A stretch of 26,026 nucleotides of DNA from an uncultured Ktedonobacterales bacterium (GCA_964416775.1 CAYQFU010000035.1:5095-31120); one strand, 5' to 3'. Positions 8,464 through 19,100 are shown, counted from the first letter of the stretch. Notes: generated from the sequence alone by a model not told the origin. A program made the numbers and translations.

Positions 8464-9900
8464 CTACAAGGCGGTGACTACCACGGCAACCGCGGCGGCG
8501 CCCATCGCCAGCGTGGTGAGGATGCCTACGGTATTGGCCAGCCAGCCATTGGTATGCTCCCCCATAATCGAGCGGTTGTTCGCCACGAGCAGGATCAGCA
8601 CAAGCAGGGGGACCGCCACCACTCCATTGATGATGGCGACGTAGACCAGGGCCGCGATTGGGTTGATGTGGAAGAGGTTCAGCAGCATCCCCACCAGCGT
8701 CGCGATCCCGATCACCGCGTAGAATCCTGGCGCCTGGCGCAAGGTGCGCGCGAGCCCTTCATGCCAGTGGAACGCTTCGGCGATGGCGTAGGCTGTCGAT
8801 CCGGCGAGCACCGGTACGCCCAGGAGGCCCACGCCCAGAATACCCGCCGCAAAGATCGCTTTGGCGAGCAGCCCGGATTGGGGGAAGGTATGCACCAACG
8901 GCTCGAGCGCCGCCGCCGCCTGGTCCGCGGTGGTGATGTTGGTGATGCCATGGCTGTGGAGCACACTGCCCGTCGTGAAGATGATGAACCAGGTAGCAAT
9001 CTCTGAGGCCAGCATGCCCAGCGCGGTATCAATTCGGAGCGCGCGCATCCGCGCGAGCAGCCCCCGGCGCTGGAGGATGCCAGCGGGCGGCTGCACCCCA
9101 GCAGACGGAAATGAACTGTTGGGTAACTCTTCAACTTCCTCAGCGGCTTGCCAGAAGAAGAGATAGGGGCTGATGGTTGTGCCCAGGACGCCGACTACCA
9201 GGGCCAGGAAGGCCGGAGTGAGCTGGACGGTTGGCAGGACCGTGGCGCGCAGCAGCGTCGCTCCCTTGAGTCCCACGATGATTCCGGTGGCAATGTACGC
9301 GAGCAGCGAGAGGGCCAGGACCTTGAGTATGACAGCATAGCGTCGATAGGGCACGAAGACTTCGAGCGCGAGCATGCCAAGCGACAGAAGGACGATCAGC
9401 ACGAGGAAGGAGGCGCCAGGCGCGAGCAGTTGGATCGTGGCGGCCATCGCCCCTAGATCCGCGCCGATGTTGAGTGTATTGGCTACGAAGACCAAGGTGA
9501 CGGCAACCAGCAGCACCCGGCGACCGTAATGGTGACGGAGGGCCGACGCCAGCCCCTGGCCAGTTACCAGGCCGATGCGGGCGCACATCTCCTGCACGGC
9601 GATCATGAGCGGGAGCATGTAGAGCGCCAGCCAGAGCTGGCCGGTGCCAAACGCCGCGCCGGCCTGGGAATAGGTCCCGATGCCGGAGGGATCGTCGTCG
9701 GCCGCGCCAGTGATCAAGCCTGGTCCCAGGATGCGCAGCCAGCGGCGAACGGACAACCATGGATGGGGGCGGCCCCGCTGCAAGCGCAGCCATGCGGGGC
9801 GCGTGGGAGTGCGCCGCGCTGTGGCGACCGGCGCGGAATCCTGAGACGGCGGTTCCAGAGCCACGCCACACCTCCTCAGCAGCTTGTCCCGATTATACAC
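8464..9900 (-). CDS. mntH: Nramp-family divalent metal (Mn2+/Fe2+) proton symporter.
   Basis: GPGLITGAADDDPSGIGTYSQAGA Nramp signature (DPGN-like motif region), about 11 TM helices, 478 aa, and the conserved MPH-containing TM6 region (…ATIQLLAPG…). Confidence 0.85.
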   Translation of the reverse strand: MYNRDKLLRRCGVALEPPSQDSAPVATARRTPTRPAWLRLQRGRPHPWLSVRRWLRILGPGLITGAADDDPSGIGTYSQAGAAFGTGQLWLALYMLPLMIAVQEMCARIGLVTGQGLASALRHHYGRRVLLVAVTLVFVANTLNIGADLGAMAATIQLLAPGASFLVLIVLLSLGMLALEVFVPYRRYAVILKVLALSLLAYIATGIIVGLKGATLLRATVLPTVQLTPAFLALVVGVLGTTISPYLFFWQAAEEVEELPNSSFPSAGVQPPAGILQRRGLLARMRALRIDTALGMLASEIATWFIIFTTGSVLHSHGITNITTADQAAAALEPLVHTFPQSGLLAKAIFAAGILGVGLLGVPVLAGSTAYAIAEAFHWHEGLARTLRQAPGFYAVIGIATLVGMLLNLFHINPIAALVYVAIINGVVAVPLLVLILLVANNRSIMGEHTNGWLANTVGILTTLAMGAAAVAVVVTAL

Positions 9901-10035
9901 TACCCGCGGTGGAAGGGCAGGCCGATCGAAGGTGGATGCACAAGCGAGGGAAACCTACCCGCGTAGGCCCTGAAGATGCGGTGCGAGAGGTTGTCGCGCG
10001 ATGACAGACAGCGCGCGACGAAAGGCAGGCACCGC

Positions 10036-10866
10036 ATGACTGGGTTCTTGATCGGGCTAGGCGTTTTCATCGTCATCGTATTGCTGATCGCACTGAGCGG
10101 CGTGCGGGTGGTGAACCAGTACGAGCGCGGCGTGGTGTTCGTATTAGGGCGGCTGATCGGCCCGAAGGGGCCGGGCATATTCTACATTCCGCCCATCATC
10201 AGCCGTATGGTCAGGGTGGACCTGCGGGTCGTCACTATCGAGGTGGCGCCGCAGGAGGTGATCACGCGCGACAACGTGACCGTCAAGGTGAGCGCGGTGA
10301 TCTACTTCTACGTGGTGCACCCCAACGATGCCGTCAACCAGGTGGTGGACTTTCTGCGCTCGACGGTGCAGATCGCCCAGACCACACTGCGCAACGTGCT
10401 GGGCCAGTCGGAGCTAGACGAGCTGCTGGCGCAGCGCGAGACGATCAACCAGAAGCTGCAGACGATCATCGACGAGCACACCGGGCGCTGGGGTGTGAAG
10501 GTGACGGCCGTCGAGATCAAAGATGTGGAGCTGCCGCAGACGATGCAGCGCGCCATGGCGAAGCAGGCCGAGGCCGAGCGCGAGAAGCGCGCCAAGGTGT
10601 TGCATGCGCAGGGCGAGTTCCAGGCGGCGCAAACGCTGGCGGACGCGGCGGAGGTCATCGCCACGGAGCCAGCGGCATTGCAGCTGCGCTATCTGCAGAC
10701 GCTGACCGAGATCGCCGTCGAGAAGAACTCCACCATCATCTTCCCGCTGCCGCTGGACCTCATCGAGCCGCTGTTGACGCTGAGGCAGGAGCACCAGGAA
10801 GGCGTGGAGCGACGCGCGCGAAGCACCCTCCCGATCGCGGCACCGCCCACAAAGGGCGACGAGTGA
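10036..10866 (+). CDS. SPFH/band-7 protein (stomatin/prohibitin-like) with a single N-terminal TM helix.
   Basis: N-terminal TM ([17 protein letters not shown]), then [16 protein letters not shown]… and the canonical …[18 protein letters not shown] motif plus an [11 protein letters not shown] coiled-coil. Start set at ATG 10036, the first Met before the TM helix. The track ORF begins earlier, at 9976. Confidence 0.8.
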   Translation: MTGFLIGLGVFIVIVLLIALSGVRVVNQYERGVVFVLGRLIGPKGPGIFYIPPIISRMVRVDLRVVTIEVAPQEVITRDNVTVKVSAVIYFYVVHPNDAVNQVVDFLRSTVQIAQTTLRNVLGQSELDELLAQRETINQKLQTIIDEHTGRWGVKVTAVEIKDVELPQTMQRAMAKQAEAEREKRAKVLHAQGEFQAAQTLADAAEVIATEPAALQLRYLQTLTEIAVEKNSTIIFPLPLDLIEPLLTLRQEHQEGVERRARSTLPIAAPPTKGDE

Positions 10867-10896
10867 CGGTGAACGAGATAGCGGTGCGAGCGCTGG

Positions 10897-11883
10897 CTAC
10901 AACGCGGCGATGAGCGCGGCGAGCGCCTGGCGGAAGGGAAGGCCGCTCAGCCGCTCCCAAAGCGGAGCGAACGCGTCCTGGAGCTGTTCGCGCTCGGCCG
11001 TGCGAGCAGCGGCATAAGCGGCCAGGCCAGCGTTGCCTGGATGGGCCTTCTGGAGCGGAACGAGGAGCGCCAGGGCGAAGGTGTGGTCGTGGAGCGTGCC
11101 GAGATCGTCCTGCGCCGCGGTGACGGCTTCCAGCAGGGGGGCTGCATCTGGCCCTAGCCCGTCGGCGAACAACTCAAGGGTGTAGCGCAGCCGCTTGCAG
11201 GCGATGCGCAGCGCATGGAGGGTCTCGGGCGAGGCGCCGGGCAGGTCGGTCTCGAAGGCCAGCACGGCCTCATAACGCCGCCAGATGGCCCCGCCGGCGA
11301 AGTGACGCACCAGGGGAGGGTGTGCCGCGGCCGCGCCGTGGTGGACGCTCATAGGCGGATGGGCGGCGAGCCGGTCCAGCTGGCGCAGCAGCCGCGACGT
11401 GCGCGGGCGGTCCAGCTCGTCGAGCAGGGCGCGGCGGGCATGGGCGTGGCGCGCGTTCAGTTCGGCGTACAGTGGCTTGAGATCGGCGGCGATCGAGGGG
11501 TGGGTGGAGGCGAACCGCTCCAGGTGATCGCGCAGGACGTCCAGATCGCGCACGCGGCCAAGGGTGCGCGCGAGGCGGCCGAGCCGCTGGCGCAGCTGGT
11601 GCAGGCGTTTACGATCGAAGGTTGGGGCGTCCTCCACCGTCTCCAGGGTCGTGCGCAGCCGGCGGACGGCGGTGCGCAGATCGTGCAGGCCCTCAGGATC
11701 GCGACCGGCACGCGCCACGGGGAGGCTCTCGCGCAGCCTGGCGAGGTGGTGGCGGAGCGCGCGGCGGACCAGCTTGCGCAAGGGAAGCGTGCCGTCCGGC
11801 GTCGCCTCTGGGGCGGTGGGCGGTGAGGCAAGCAATACAATGCGTCTTGGCGAAGGTGTGGATGTGGTATCCGTGGTATCCAT
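10897..11883 (-). CDS. CHAD domain-containing protein.
   Basis: Two copies of the conserved His-containing helix motif, LHDLRTAVRRLRTTLE and LHALRIACKRLRYTLELF, in an all-alpha, Arg/Leu-rich 328-aa protein. This is the hallmark of CHAD (conserved histidine alpha-helical domain). Confidence 0.7.
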   Translation of the reverse strand: MDTTDTTSTPSPRRIVLLASPPTAPEATPDGTLPLRKLVRRALRHHLARLRESLPVARAGRDPEGLHDLRTAVRRLRTTLETVEDAPTFDRKRLHQLRQRLGRLARTLGRVRDLDVLRDHLERFASTHPSIAADLKPLYAELNARHAHARRALLDELDRPRTSRLLRQLDRLAAHPPMSVHHGAAAAHPPLVRHFAGGAIWRRYEAVLAFETDLPGASPETLHALRIACKRLRYTLELFADGLGPDAAPLLEAVTAAQDDLGTLHDHTFALALLVPLQKAHPGNAGLAAYAAARTAEREQLQDAFAPLWERLSGLPFRQALAALIAAL

Positions 11884-12040
11884 GGAGCATTTCCTGGGGA
11901 GCGGTCACTCCTGAGAGAAGGAGACACCATTGCGGACGCGAATGTCAAGCGAGCAGGGGCTCGCGCGCTCGTATGCAGACGCCGGAGAGGACCGCTCGGC
12001 GAGCCTGGGACGACGTGGTATGTTGAGATCGCAATGAGCA

Positions 12041-12933
12041 ATGAAGGGGTATGGCTGGATGAAGACGCAGTCGGCGGACACGAGCGGCGAGGCGGAACGA
12101 GCGCAGATCGCGCTGCTGCGCCAGGCTACGATGGCTCGGCGTGCGGCGCTGGCGGATGATCTCAGCAGAACAGTCATCGCTCTGTCGCGGGCGGGGATGA
12201 AGCGTGCGCGGCCAGGAGCGGACGATCGTGAGCTGGAGCGGGCGTTTCTGGCGCTCAACTATGGGGAGGACCTCGCAGAGCGTACGAGCCATGTGTCAGT
12301 AGGGAGGCAGATGATGGGTGAGGCGCCGAGCATATGGGTCGCCATGACGCCGGTGATCGCGGCGCTGGAAGATCTGGGGGTAGCGTACTACGTCGGGGGA
12401 TCGGTTGCCAGCTCGGCGTACGGGATGCCGCGCGCAACGGCACACGTGGATCTCGTGGCCGACCTGAAGGCGGAGCACGTGGAGCGGCTGGTGGCCGCGC
12501 TGCAAGACGTCTACTACGTCGCCGAGGAGGCCGTGCGCGAGGCGATCGAGCGACACGCGTCATTCTCAACGCGATCCACCTCGACACGATGATCAAGGTG
12601 GACGTGTTCGTACCGAAGGCGCGGGACTTCGACCGGGAGATGCTCCGCCGCGCCAGGTCAATGGAGGCCGGAGACGGGGATACTCAGCACAGGTTCAAGG
12701 TGGCGTCGCCCGAGGACGTCATCCTGACGAAGCTGGAGTGGAACAGTATGGCCGGCGGCGCGTCGGAGCGCCAGTGGGGCGACGTGCAGGGTGTGCTGAA
12801 GGTGCAGGCGGACGCGCTGGACCTGGCCTACCTGCGGCGGTGGGCAGGTGTGCTCGGGGTGAGTGAGCCACTGGAGCAAGCGCTGGCGGACGCTGGGCTC
12901 AGCGGGCCGGCGGAGCCGCCAGCCAAATCATAG
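12041..12933 (+). pseudogene. Split or frameshifted gene. Two overlapping ORFs (12041..12592 in frame 2, 12334..12933 in frame 1) read as one protein across an apparent +/-1 shift near 12565-12570. The product is a nucleotidyltransferase-fold-like hypothetical protein.
   Basis: Frame 2 ends …AIERHASF then STRSTSTR*, while frame 1 continues …NAIHLDTMIKVDVFVPKARDFD… from the same nucleotides. The GGSVASSAYGMPRATAHVDLVADL segment resembles the GS…DxD minimal NTase motif. Both halves carry GC3-biased codon usage. Confidence 0.45.
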
Positions 12934-14436
12934 CGCGCCCAATTGGTCGAAGATCGGCTTGAGCGCGGGATAGAGCGCGCGGTACTCGGGGTAGAGCCGC
13001 GCATACACGTCCGCGGCAGCCGGATCGGGGGCGACGCGCTCGCCCAGCCGCACGCCCGCGGCACAGGCAGCGGCGACATCGGGCCACGCGCCGGCACCCA
13101 CGCCAGCCAGCAGCGCGGCGCCGAACGCCGCGCCTTCGTCCGCCTGGACGGAGACCAACTCCACGCCGAGAACGCTTGCCAGTATGCGGCGCCAGAGTGG
13201 GCTGCGCGCGCCGCCTCCAGACACGCACACCTGCTCGACGCTGCCCAGGCCAGCCTCGCCAAGCAGGGCGAAGCAGTCGCACAGGCTGAAAGCGACGCCC
13301 TCCAGCACGGCGCGCGTGAGATGCGCGCGCCGATGGCGCACGGTCAGGCCGACGAATGTGCCGCGAGCCAGAGGGTCGGGGTACGGTGTGCGCTCACCGG
13401 AGAGGTAGGGCAGGAAGAGCAGCCCCTCGCTGCCGGCGGGCGCCTCCTCCGCCTCGGCCAGCAGCGCGTCAAAGGTGAGGTCGGGGGCGAGGGTGTCGCG
13501 GAACCACTGCAGGCTGCCGGCAGCGCTGAGCGTGACGCCCATCAGGTGCCAGCGGTTGGGCAGGGCGTGACAGAAGGCGTGGAGCCGCCCCTGCGGCTCG
13601 ACGAGCGGCACCTCCGTGGGGGCGAAGACGACGCCGGACGTGCCGAGCACCAGCGACACGATGCCTGGCTGGATAGCGCCGACGCCGACCGCGCCGGCGG
13701 CCTGGTCGCCACCGCCCGCGACCACAGGAGTGCCAGCCGCCAGGCCCGTGGCTGCGGCCGCTTCGGCGTCGACGCGGCCCGTGATCTCCGGCCCCTCGAA
13801 GACGGGCGGCATCCACTCGGGCGGAATCTCCAGCGCGGAGAGCACCTCGGCGGACCAGGTGCGCGCGCGCAGATCGAAGAGCAGGGTGCCGGAGCCGTCG
13901 GCTTTGTCCATGGCGTAGTCGCCGGTGAGGCGCAAGCGCACGTAGTCCTTTGGCAGCAGCACATGGCGCATACGGGCGTAGATCTCGGGCTCGTGCTCGC
14001 GTACCCAGAGGATCTTGGGTGCGGTGAACCCCGTGAGGGCGTCGTTGCCGGTCACCTGGATCAAGCGCTCCCGGCCGATGCGCGCGCGAATCTCGTCGCA
14101 CTGGGCGCCGGTACGCTGATCGTTCCACAGGATGGCTGGCCGGAGCACCGCACCGGAGGAGTCGAGCGCGACGAGGCCATGCATCTGGCCGGTGAGGCCA
14201 ATGGCGGCCACGCGGTCGCCCGCTGCGCCAGCCTGATCAAGGGCGCGGCGGACGCTGGCGGCGACGCCCTGCCACCAGTCGTCCGGCCGTTGCTCCGACC
14301 AGAGTGGGCGGGGTGTGGAGAGCGACAGCGGTGTGGTGGCGCTGCTGACCACGCGGCCGTCGCCGGCGATCAGCAGCGCCTTCGCGCCTGTGGTGGACAC
14401 ATCAATACCCAGAAACAGCGGCTCTTGCGCCATCAC
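12928..14436 (-). CDS. xylB: Xylulokinase (FGGY carbohydrate kinase).
   Basis: N-terminus LFLGIDVSTTGAKALL (FGGY motif 1), GQMHGLVALD, …WNDQRT, and C-terminal FGGY_C region, 502 aa. It lies immediately downstream of xylA on the same strand. Confidence 0.85.
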   Translation of the reverse strand: MMAQEPLFLGIDVSTTGAKALLIAGDGRVVSSATTPLSLSTPRPLWSEQRPDDWWQGVAASVRRALDQAGAAGDRVAAIGLTGQMHGLVALDSSGAVLRPAILWNDQRTGAQCDEIRARIGRERLIQVTGNDALTGFTAPKILWVREHEPEIYARMRHVLLPKDYVRLRLTGDYAMDKADGSGTLLFDLRARTWSAEVLSALEIPPEWMPPVFEGPEITGRVDAEAAAATGLAAGTPVVAGGGDQAAGAVGVGAIQPGIVSLVLGTSGVVFAPTEVPLVEPQGRLHAFCHALPNRWHLMGVTLSAAGSLQWFRDTLAPDLTFDALLAEAEEAPAGSEGLLFLPYLSGERTPYPDPLARGTFVGLTVRHRRAHLTRAVLEGVAFSLCDCFALLGEAGLGSVEQVCVSGGGARSPLWRRILASVLGVELVSVQADEGAAFGAALLAGVGAGAWPDVAAACAAGVRLGERVAPDPAAADVYARLYPEYRALYPALKPIFDQLGAL

Positions 14437-14460
14437 TCACGCTCCCCTCAGGTCTCACCC

Positions 14461-14493
14461 ACGCAACGCCCATGCAACGCCCATGCAACGCGC
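14461..14493. repeat. Short 11-bp tandem repeat (caacgcccatg, about 2.5 copies) in the 59-bp xylA-xylB intergenic spacer.
   Basis: acgcaacgcccatgcaacgcccatgcaacgcgcg, read directly in the sequence. Confidence 0.7.
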
Positions 14494-14495
14494 GA

Positions 14496-15677
14496 TCACC
14501 GGACGCCGAGCAGCAGCTCGACGGTGAGCTGGTCCAGCCGCTCGTACGCCAGCCCGCGCTGGCCCAGGGCTTTGCGGTCGAAGCTGGCGTCCTTGAGCGC
14601 GGCTGCTTTGGCGACGCTGTATGCGCCCTGGTAGGCGGCCGTGGCGCCGTCATCGGCCTGGATTTCGGCCAGCAGCGCCTGAATTTCGGCGTCCTGATGG
14701 AAGCGCTGGGCTTTCTCCTTCAGAATCAGGTAGGTGCGCATGCAGCCGCGAGCGAAGTCCTTGACGCCGTCGTAGTCCTCGGTGCGGTAGGCGTGGGCGT
14801 CGAAATGGCGGCTGCCGCTGTAGCCGACGTCTTCCAGCAGCTTGACGAGAAAGAAGGCGGTCTTGAGGCTGTGGGAGCCGAAGCGGAAGTCCTGGTCGTA
14901 GCGGCCGTACACCTGGTCGTTGAGGTCAATGTGGAAGAGCTTGCCGGCGTCCCATGCCTGGGCGACGGCGTGGACGAAGTTGAGGCCGGCCATGTGCTCG
15001 TGGGCCATTTCGGGGTTCACGCCGATCATCTCGGGGTGGTCGAGGGTGGCGATGAAGCCGAGCATGGCGCCGACGGTGGAGAGATAGATGTCGCCGCGCG
15101 GCTCGTTGGGCTTGGGCTCCAGGGCGAAGACGAGGTCGTAGTGCTGGTCGCGGACGTATGCGCTGAGGAAGTTGATGGCGTCGCGGAAGCGCTTGAGGCT
15201 GTCGCGGGGGTCTTTGGTGGCATCGGACTCGGTGCCTTCGCGACCGCCCCAGAAGACGTAGACTTTGGCGCCCAGCTCGACGCCGAGGTCAATGGCGCGC
15301 ATGGTCTTCTGCAGGGCATAGGCGCGGACGCGAGGATCGTTGGCGGTGAAGGCGCCGTCCTTGAAGGCGGGGTCGGTGAAGAGGTTGGTGGTGGCCATGG
15401 GGACGACGAGGCCGGTCTCGTCGAGGGCGGCTTTGAAGTCGCGGACGATGCGGTCGCGGTCGGCGGGGGTGGCGTCGATGGGGACGAGGTCGTTGTCATG
15501 GAAGTTGACGCCGTAGGCGCCGACCTCGGCGAGCAGATGGACGAGGGCGACGGGTGAGAGGGGCTGGCGCACTGGCTCGCCGAAGGGATCGCGGCCGATG
15601 TTGCCGACGGTCCAGAGGCCGAAGGTGAAGTGGTGCTCGGGTTTGGGCTGGTAGGTGGGCTGAGCGGCGGACGACAT
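14496..15677 (-). CDS. xylA: Xylose isomerase (class I, about 390-aa actinobacterial/Thermus type).
   Basis: …[25 protein letters not shown]… matches the conserved class I XylA N-terminus. FHDNDL, WGGREG and FEPKPNEP motifs. Start chosen at the Met of [14 protein letters not shown] (15677) with an AAGGA RBS upstream. The track ORF extends to 15725. Confidence 0.85.
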   Translation of the reverse strand: MSSAAQPTYQPKPEHHFTFGLWTVGNIGRDPFGEPVRQPLSPVALVHLLAEVGAYGVNFHDNDLVPIDATPADRDRIVRDFKAALDETGLVVPMATTNLFTDPAFKDGAFTANDPRVRAYALQKTMRAIDLGVELGAKVYVFWGGREGTESDATKDPRDSLKRFRDAINFLSAYVRDQHYDLVFALEPKPNEPRGDIYLSTVGAMLGFIATLDHPEMIGVNPEMAHEHMAGLNFVHAVAQAWDAGKLFHIDLNDQVYGRYDQDFRFGSHSLKTAFFLVKLLEDVGYSGSRHFDAHAYRTEDYDGVKDFARGCMRTYLILKEKAQRFHQDAEIQALLAEIQADDGATAAYQGAYSVAKAAALKDASFDRKALGQRGLAYERLDQLTVELLLGVR

Positions 15678-15698
15678 GGGGCATCCTTTCATCACAAA

Positions 15699-15728
15699 CC
15701 CATGAGAGGGCGCGGGGCGCCGCATGGG
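15699..15728. promoter_or_regulatory. Imperfect 30-bp palindrome / hairpin (cccatg-aga-gggcgc-gg-ggcgcc-g-catggg) immediately upstream of the xylA start. Candidate operator or 5'-UTR structure.
   Basis: Outer arms cccatg/catggg and inner arms gggcgc/ggcgcc, read directly in the sequence. It lies 22 nt upstream of the xylA ATG on the transcribed strand. Confidence 0.35.
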
Positions 15729-16027
15729 TCTGGTGTGGAACGCGTGGGGGTGCCTGGCCTCCCTCCGAGCTTTACACCGGCGAGAGGCGCGACGTCAAGG
15801 GAAGGGGCGGTGTAGCACCAGAGTATTGGGCATGAGCTGGTCAACCTGAATAGAGGGCGGCGCAAGAGAACGGTCGTTAAGTCTTGCAGAGGAATGGTAC
15901 AATTGTGCCGCAGCAATAAGGCATCTTGAGCGATTGCTCGCGCGTCGGGTGAGGCAATGTTTTGTTGTCTCGTTTTAGGGATGTACGATTTCTCATTGAC
16001 GCGTGCTGGCGTTTTGTTCGAGGAGTG

Positions 16028-16057
16028 CACGCGCGTGTATCGCGGCATGATATCATG
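16028..16057. promoter_or_regulatory. Two adjacent perfect palindromes (cacgcgcgtg at 16028-16037; catgatatcatg at 16046-16057) in the AT-richer region upstream of the giant helicase gene. Candidate regulator-binding sites.
   Basis: Both are exact reverse-complement palindromes, read directly in the sequence. They lie about 105-135 nt upstream of the ATG at 16164. A further 7-bp-stem hairpin ggacgcg-cctc-cgcgtcc sits at 16077-16094. Confidence 0.35.
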
Positions 16058-16163
16058 GGCGGCGGACCGATGTACAGGACGCGCCTCCGCGTCCCGTGAC
16101 GACCTATCACAGCACGAGTAGAACGAGTAGGATGCACGACTAAGCCAGGAAGTTGGGGGAACA

Positions 16164-19100
16164 ATGGCGCTGAGCACCAAGTTGCAACAGTGGCAAGCAT
16201 ATCTGCTCGACATGAGTAAGCGCAACAAACTGTTGTACTTCTCGTTGGACCGGCACCCTGGAATAGCGTTCCGCATCGATGTCCCGGCCATGCTGTATGG
16301 ACGCCTGACTACGAGCCGCAAGCCCATCAGCGTCTCTGATCTGCCGAACGATGCGGATCCGGACGAGCTCGACGAGAAACTGAACCGCCTGCGCACACGG
16401 GCGCGCGAAGCACTCAATGACCGCGGCACGAATATCCTCTTCCTCACGTTCGGTTTGCTAGAGTGGCGCGAGGCATCCAGTAGTGATGAGGTGATACGCT
16501 CGCCGCTCGTGCTGGTGCCCGTGCAGCTGCAGCGTGCGAGTATCGCCGCACCGTATCGGCTGCAACTGCTCGAAAATGAAGAGATCACGGTCAATCCCAC
16601 GCTGCGAGAGAAGCTGCGCCGTGACTTTGGAATCGAGCTGCCGGCGTCTCTCGAAGAGATGGATGATGACAGCGACACAGCGGGCGAGTCGAGCACGGAG
16701 AGGGCTGCAGCGCGCCTGGAGGCGACATTCGATGTGATTCGCCAGACAATACCACAGGAAGCGAAGAACTGGGCGGTCAAGCCGGCAGTGTATCTGAGCA
16801 TCTTCTCGTTCACAAAGCTAGTGATGTATCAGGACCTGGAAGACCATAAAGCGCTCGTGCTGAAGCATCCTGTGTTACGTTCCATCGGGGGAGAGTCGCG
16901 TTTGGCTGTGCGTGAGTCCAGCATGCGCGCAGAAGATCTGGACGACAAGCTGCGACCGCATGAAGTCGTTCAGGTGCTTGACGCCGACTCAAGCCAGCAG
17001 ATGGCGATCCAACGGGCTAAAGATGGGGCCAGCTTCGTGTTGCAAGGCCCACCAGGCACGGGGAAGAGCCAGACCATTGCGAATATCGTCGCGGAGTGTC
17101 TGGGGCAGGGCAAGCGCGTACTTTTCGTCAGCGAGAAGATGGCGGCGCTAGAGGTCGTGCAGCAGCGTCTGAAGGATGTCGGATTGGGAGACTACTGCCT
17201 GGACTTGCACAGTCACCGGTCAGACAAAAAGGTGTTGCTGGAGGAGTTGCGACAGTGCCTCGATGAGGCAGGCTCGCCGCGTCGGGCTAACGCCGCGGCT
17301 GATTGGGAACGCCAGTCGGGCAGACTGTTCGAATCCCGCCAGGAGCTCAATGGTTATGTGCGTGCGCTGCATGCGAAGCGCACGCGCCTGGAGCGTTCGG
17401 CATTCGAAATATACGGTGTGCTGGCGCGCCTGCACGACGTGCCCGACCTGGATTGCACGTTGCCCGATCCCATCACGATGACGCAGGCGCAGCTCGATGC
17501 TTTCGAACGCCTGCTAAGTGACTTTTTGACACGTGGTGACGTGCTCGTGGATCAGGCGGTCCATCCTTGGCGCGCGACGCGCCTGGAGACGTTTACCGAG
17601 GCAGTCGCAGCCAACATCAAGTCGCACTTTGAGCGATGCGCAGCACTGCTCAGGCAGACGCACGACGCTGTGAGCACGCTGGACAATGTTCTTGGCGGCG
17701 CCGACCTAGCGCATACGCAAGACGGCGCATTACGTGGACTTGCCCTTGCTGATGTGGCCGTGCGCACCCAGCTGCCTGAAGCGGCATGGCTCACGACGTC
17801 CGATCTGGCGGGGCTGCGACATTCAGCTGCGGAGACGGCGGCTCGGGCGGGAAGACATGAGGAACGCCATGCGCAGTTCACGAAGCTGTATGACCCACAG
17901 GCTATCGAGCTAGACCCTGAGCCCATCAGCGAGGCCCTGACGAGCGCAAGCGCCACTGCGATCGGCAGGTTGCAATGCGAAGGCACAGGGCCAATGGCGG
18001 ATCCACACGATGTCGCGTTGGCGTGTGCCGACGCGCTGGAGGAGCACCTGGTACATGCGGCGGAAGTGTTGGAGCGCATGACCATGGACGCTGCTCAGGT
18101 GGCGCAGATTCTGGAGCAGGTGGCGCCGACGACTCCGCAGGCGATCGCCGATCTGGCCGACCTTGCCGCGCATATCGTCGCCACTCCGCAGCCACCGCTG
18201 CGGTGGCTCAATCGCGATGAGTTCGCCGTCGCGCAGGTCGCCATGATAGACGCCGCGGAACGCTACAGGCGCGTGAGTTTGGTAGGCACAGAGCTGATGA
18301 GACGCTATCAGCCGTCAATGCTTCAGCTCAACCTCAAGCTGCTGGACGATCAGTTCAGCACCCGTTATCGGTCCATGTTACGGATTGTACATCCCGGATT
18401 CTGGCGGCAGATTCAAGATGCCAGGGCATGCCTGCAACCAAAGGTGAACCGCACAGCCAGGGAGATCGTCGCTGATGTGCATCAGGCGCGGGCGTTGGTA
18501 GACGAAGAGTCGTTCTTGCGTGATCAGCGCGTGGTCCACGCGAGTGCGCTGGGTACACACTTCGCGGCCCATCAGACAAATTGGGCGGCAGTCCATAGTG
18601 GGTTGGCATGGACCGGTCAACTACATCAACTCCTCAGTGGAGAGCGGCCGAACCAGCGGATGGAAGCGCTCATCACGGGCAATACGAGCAAGCTGCAGCC
18701 ACTGCGCGCGAGATTGCAGCGGCTGCATGCGAGCGTAGAGGAATGGCGCGCGGAGCAAGCTTACCTGGAGGATACTCTGCTTCTCGACGAGCTGCCGGGC
18801 GACGCGTTCACGCTTGACGAAGCCGATGCGGGGGCGCTGCGCGAGTGGCTGCTGGCACTGGTAGACATGCTACGCCCGTACTGGGCGGCGGCGCGCACGC
18901 TGGCGAGCCTACGCCCAACGTTGCCGGAGTTAGCAGCAAGGCGGTGGGCTGAACTGCTGGACGACATCCGATTGATTCGTGAACTGCGGGCGTCTCGTGC
19001 ATGGTTCCAGGCGCATGAGAGTCAATTGCGCGAGACACTCGGTTCGTTCTACGACGGACTAGAGACGGACTGGACCGCGATAAATCAGGCGTTGGCCTGG

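Noticed and set aside
9901-10035. Possible riboswitch or MntR operator in the divergent mntH/SPFH spacer.
   Set aside because: I could not recognise a yybP-ykoY-like or other riboswitch core, nor a clear palindrome, by eye. It is left uncalled and would need an Rfam scan.
12943-15557. 563-aa and 361-aa + strand ORFs (12943..14634; 14472..15557) and 13469..14128 on the - strand.
   Set aside because: They are antisense or out-of-frame to xylB and xylA, which carry unmistakable FGGY and xylose-isomerase motifs. Their compositions are Gly/Ala/Val/Glu low-complexity.
15692-16813. 373-aa - strand ORF spanning the AT-richer spacer and the 5' end of the helicase gene.
   Set aside because: It runs through an intergenic region and is antisense to the strongly supported helicase N-terminus. 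Ser/Arg-rich with no motifs. It is most likely spurious, favoured by AT-richer sequence lacking stops in that frame.
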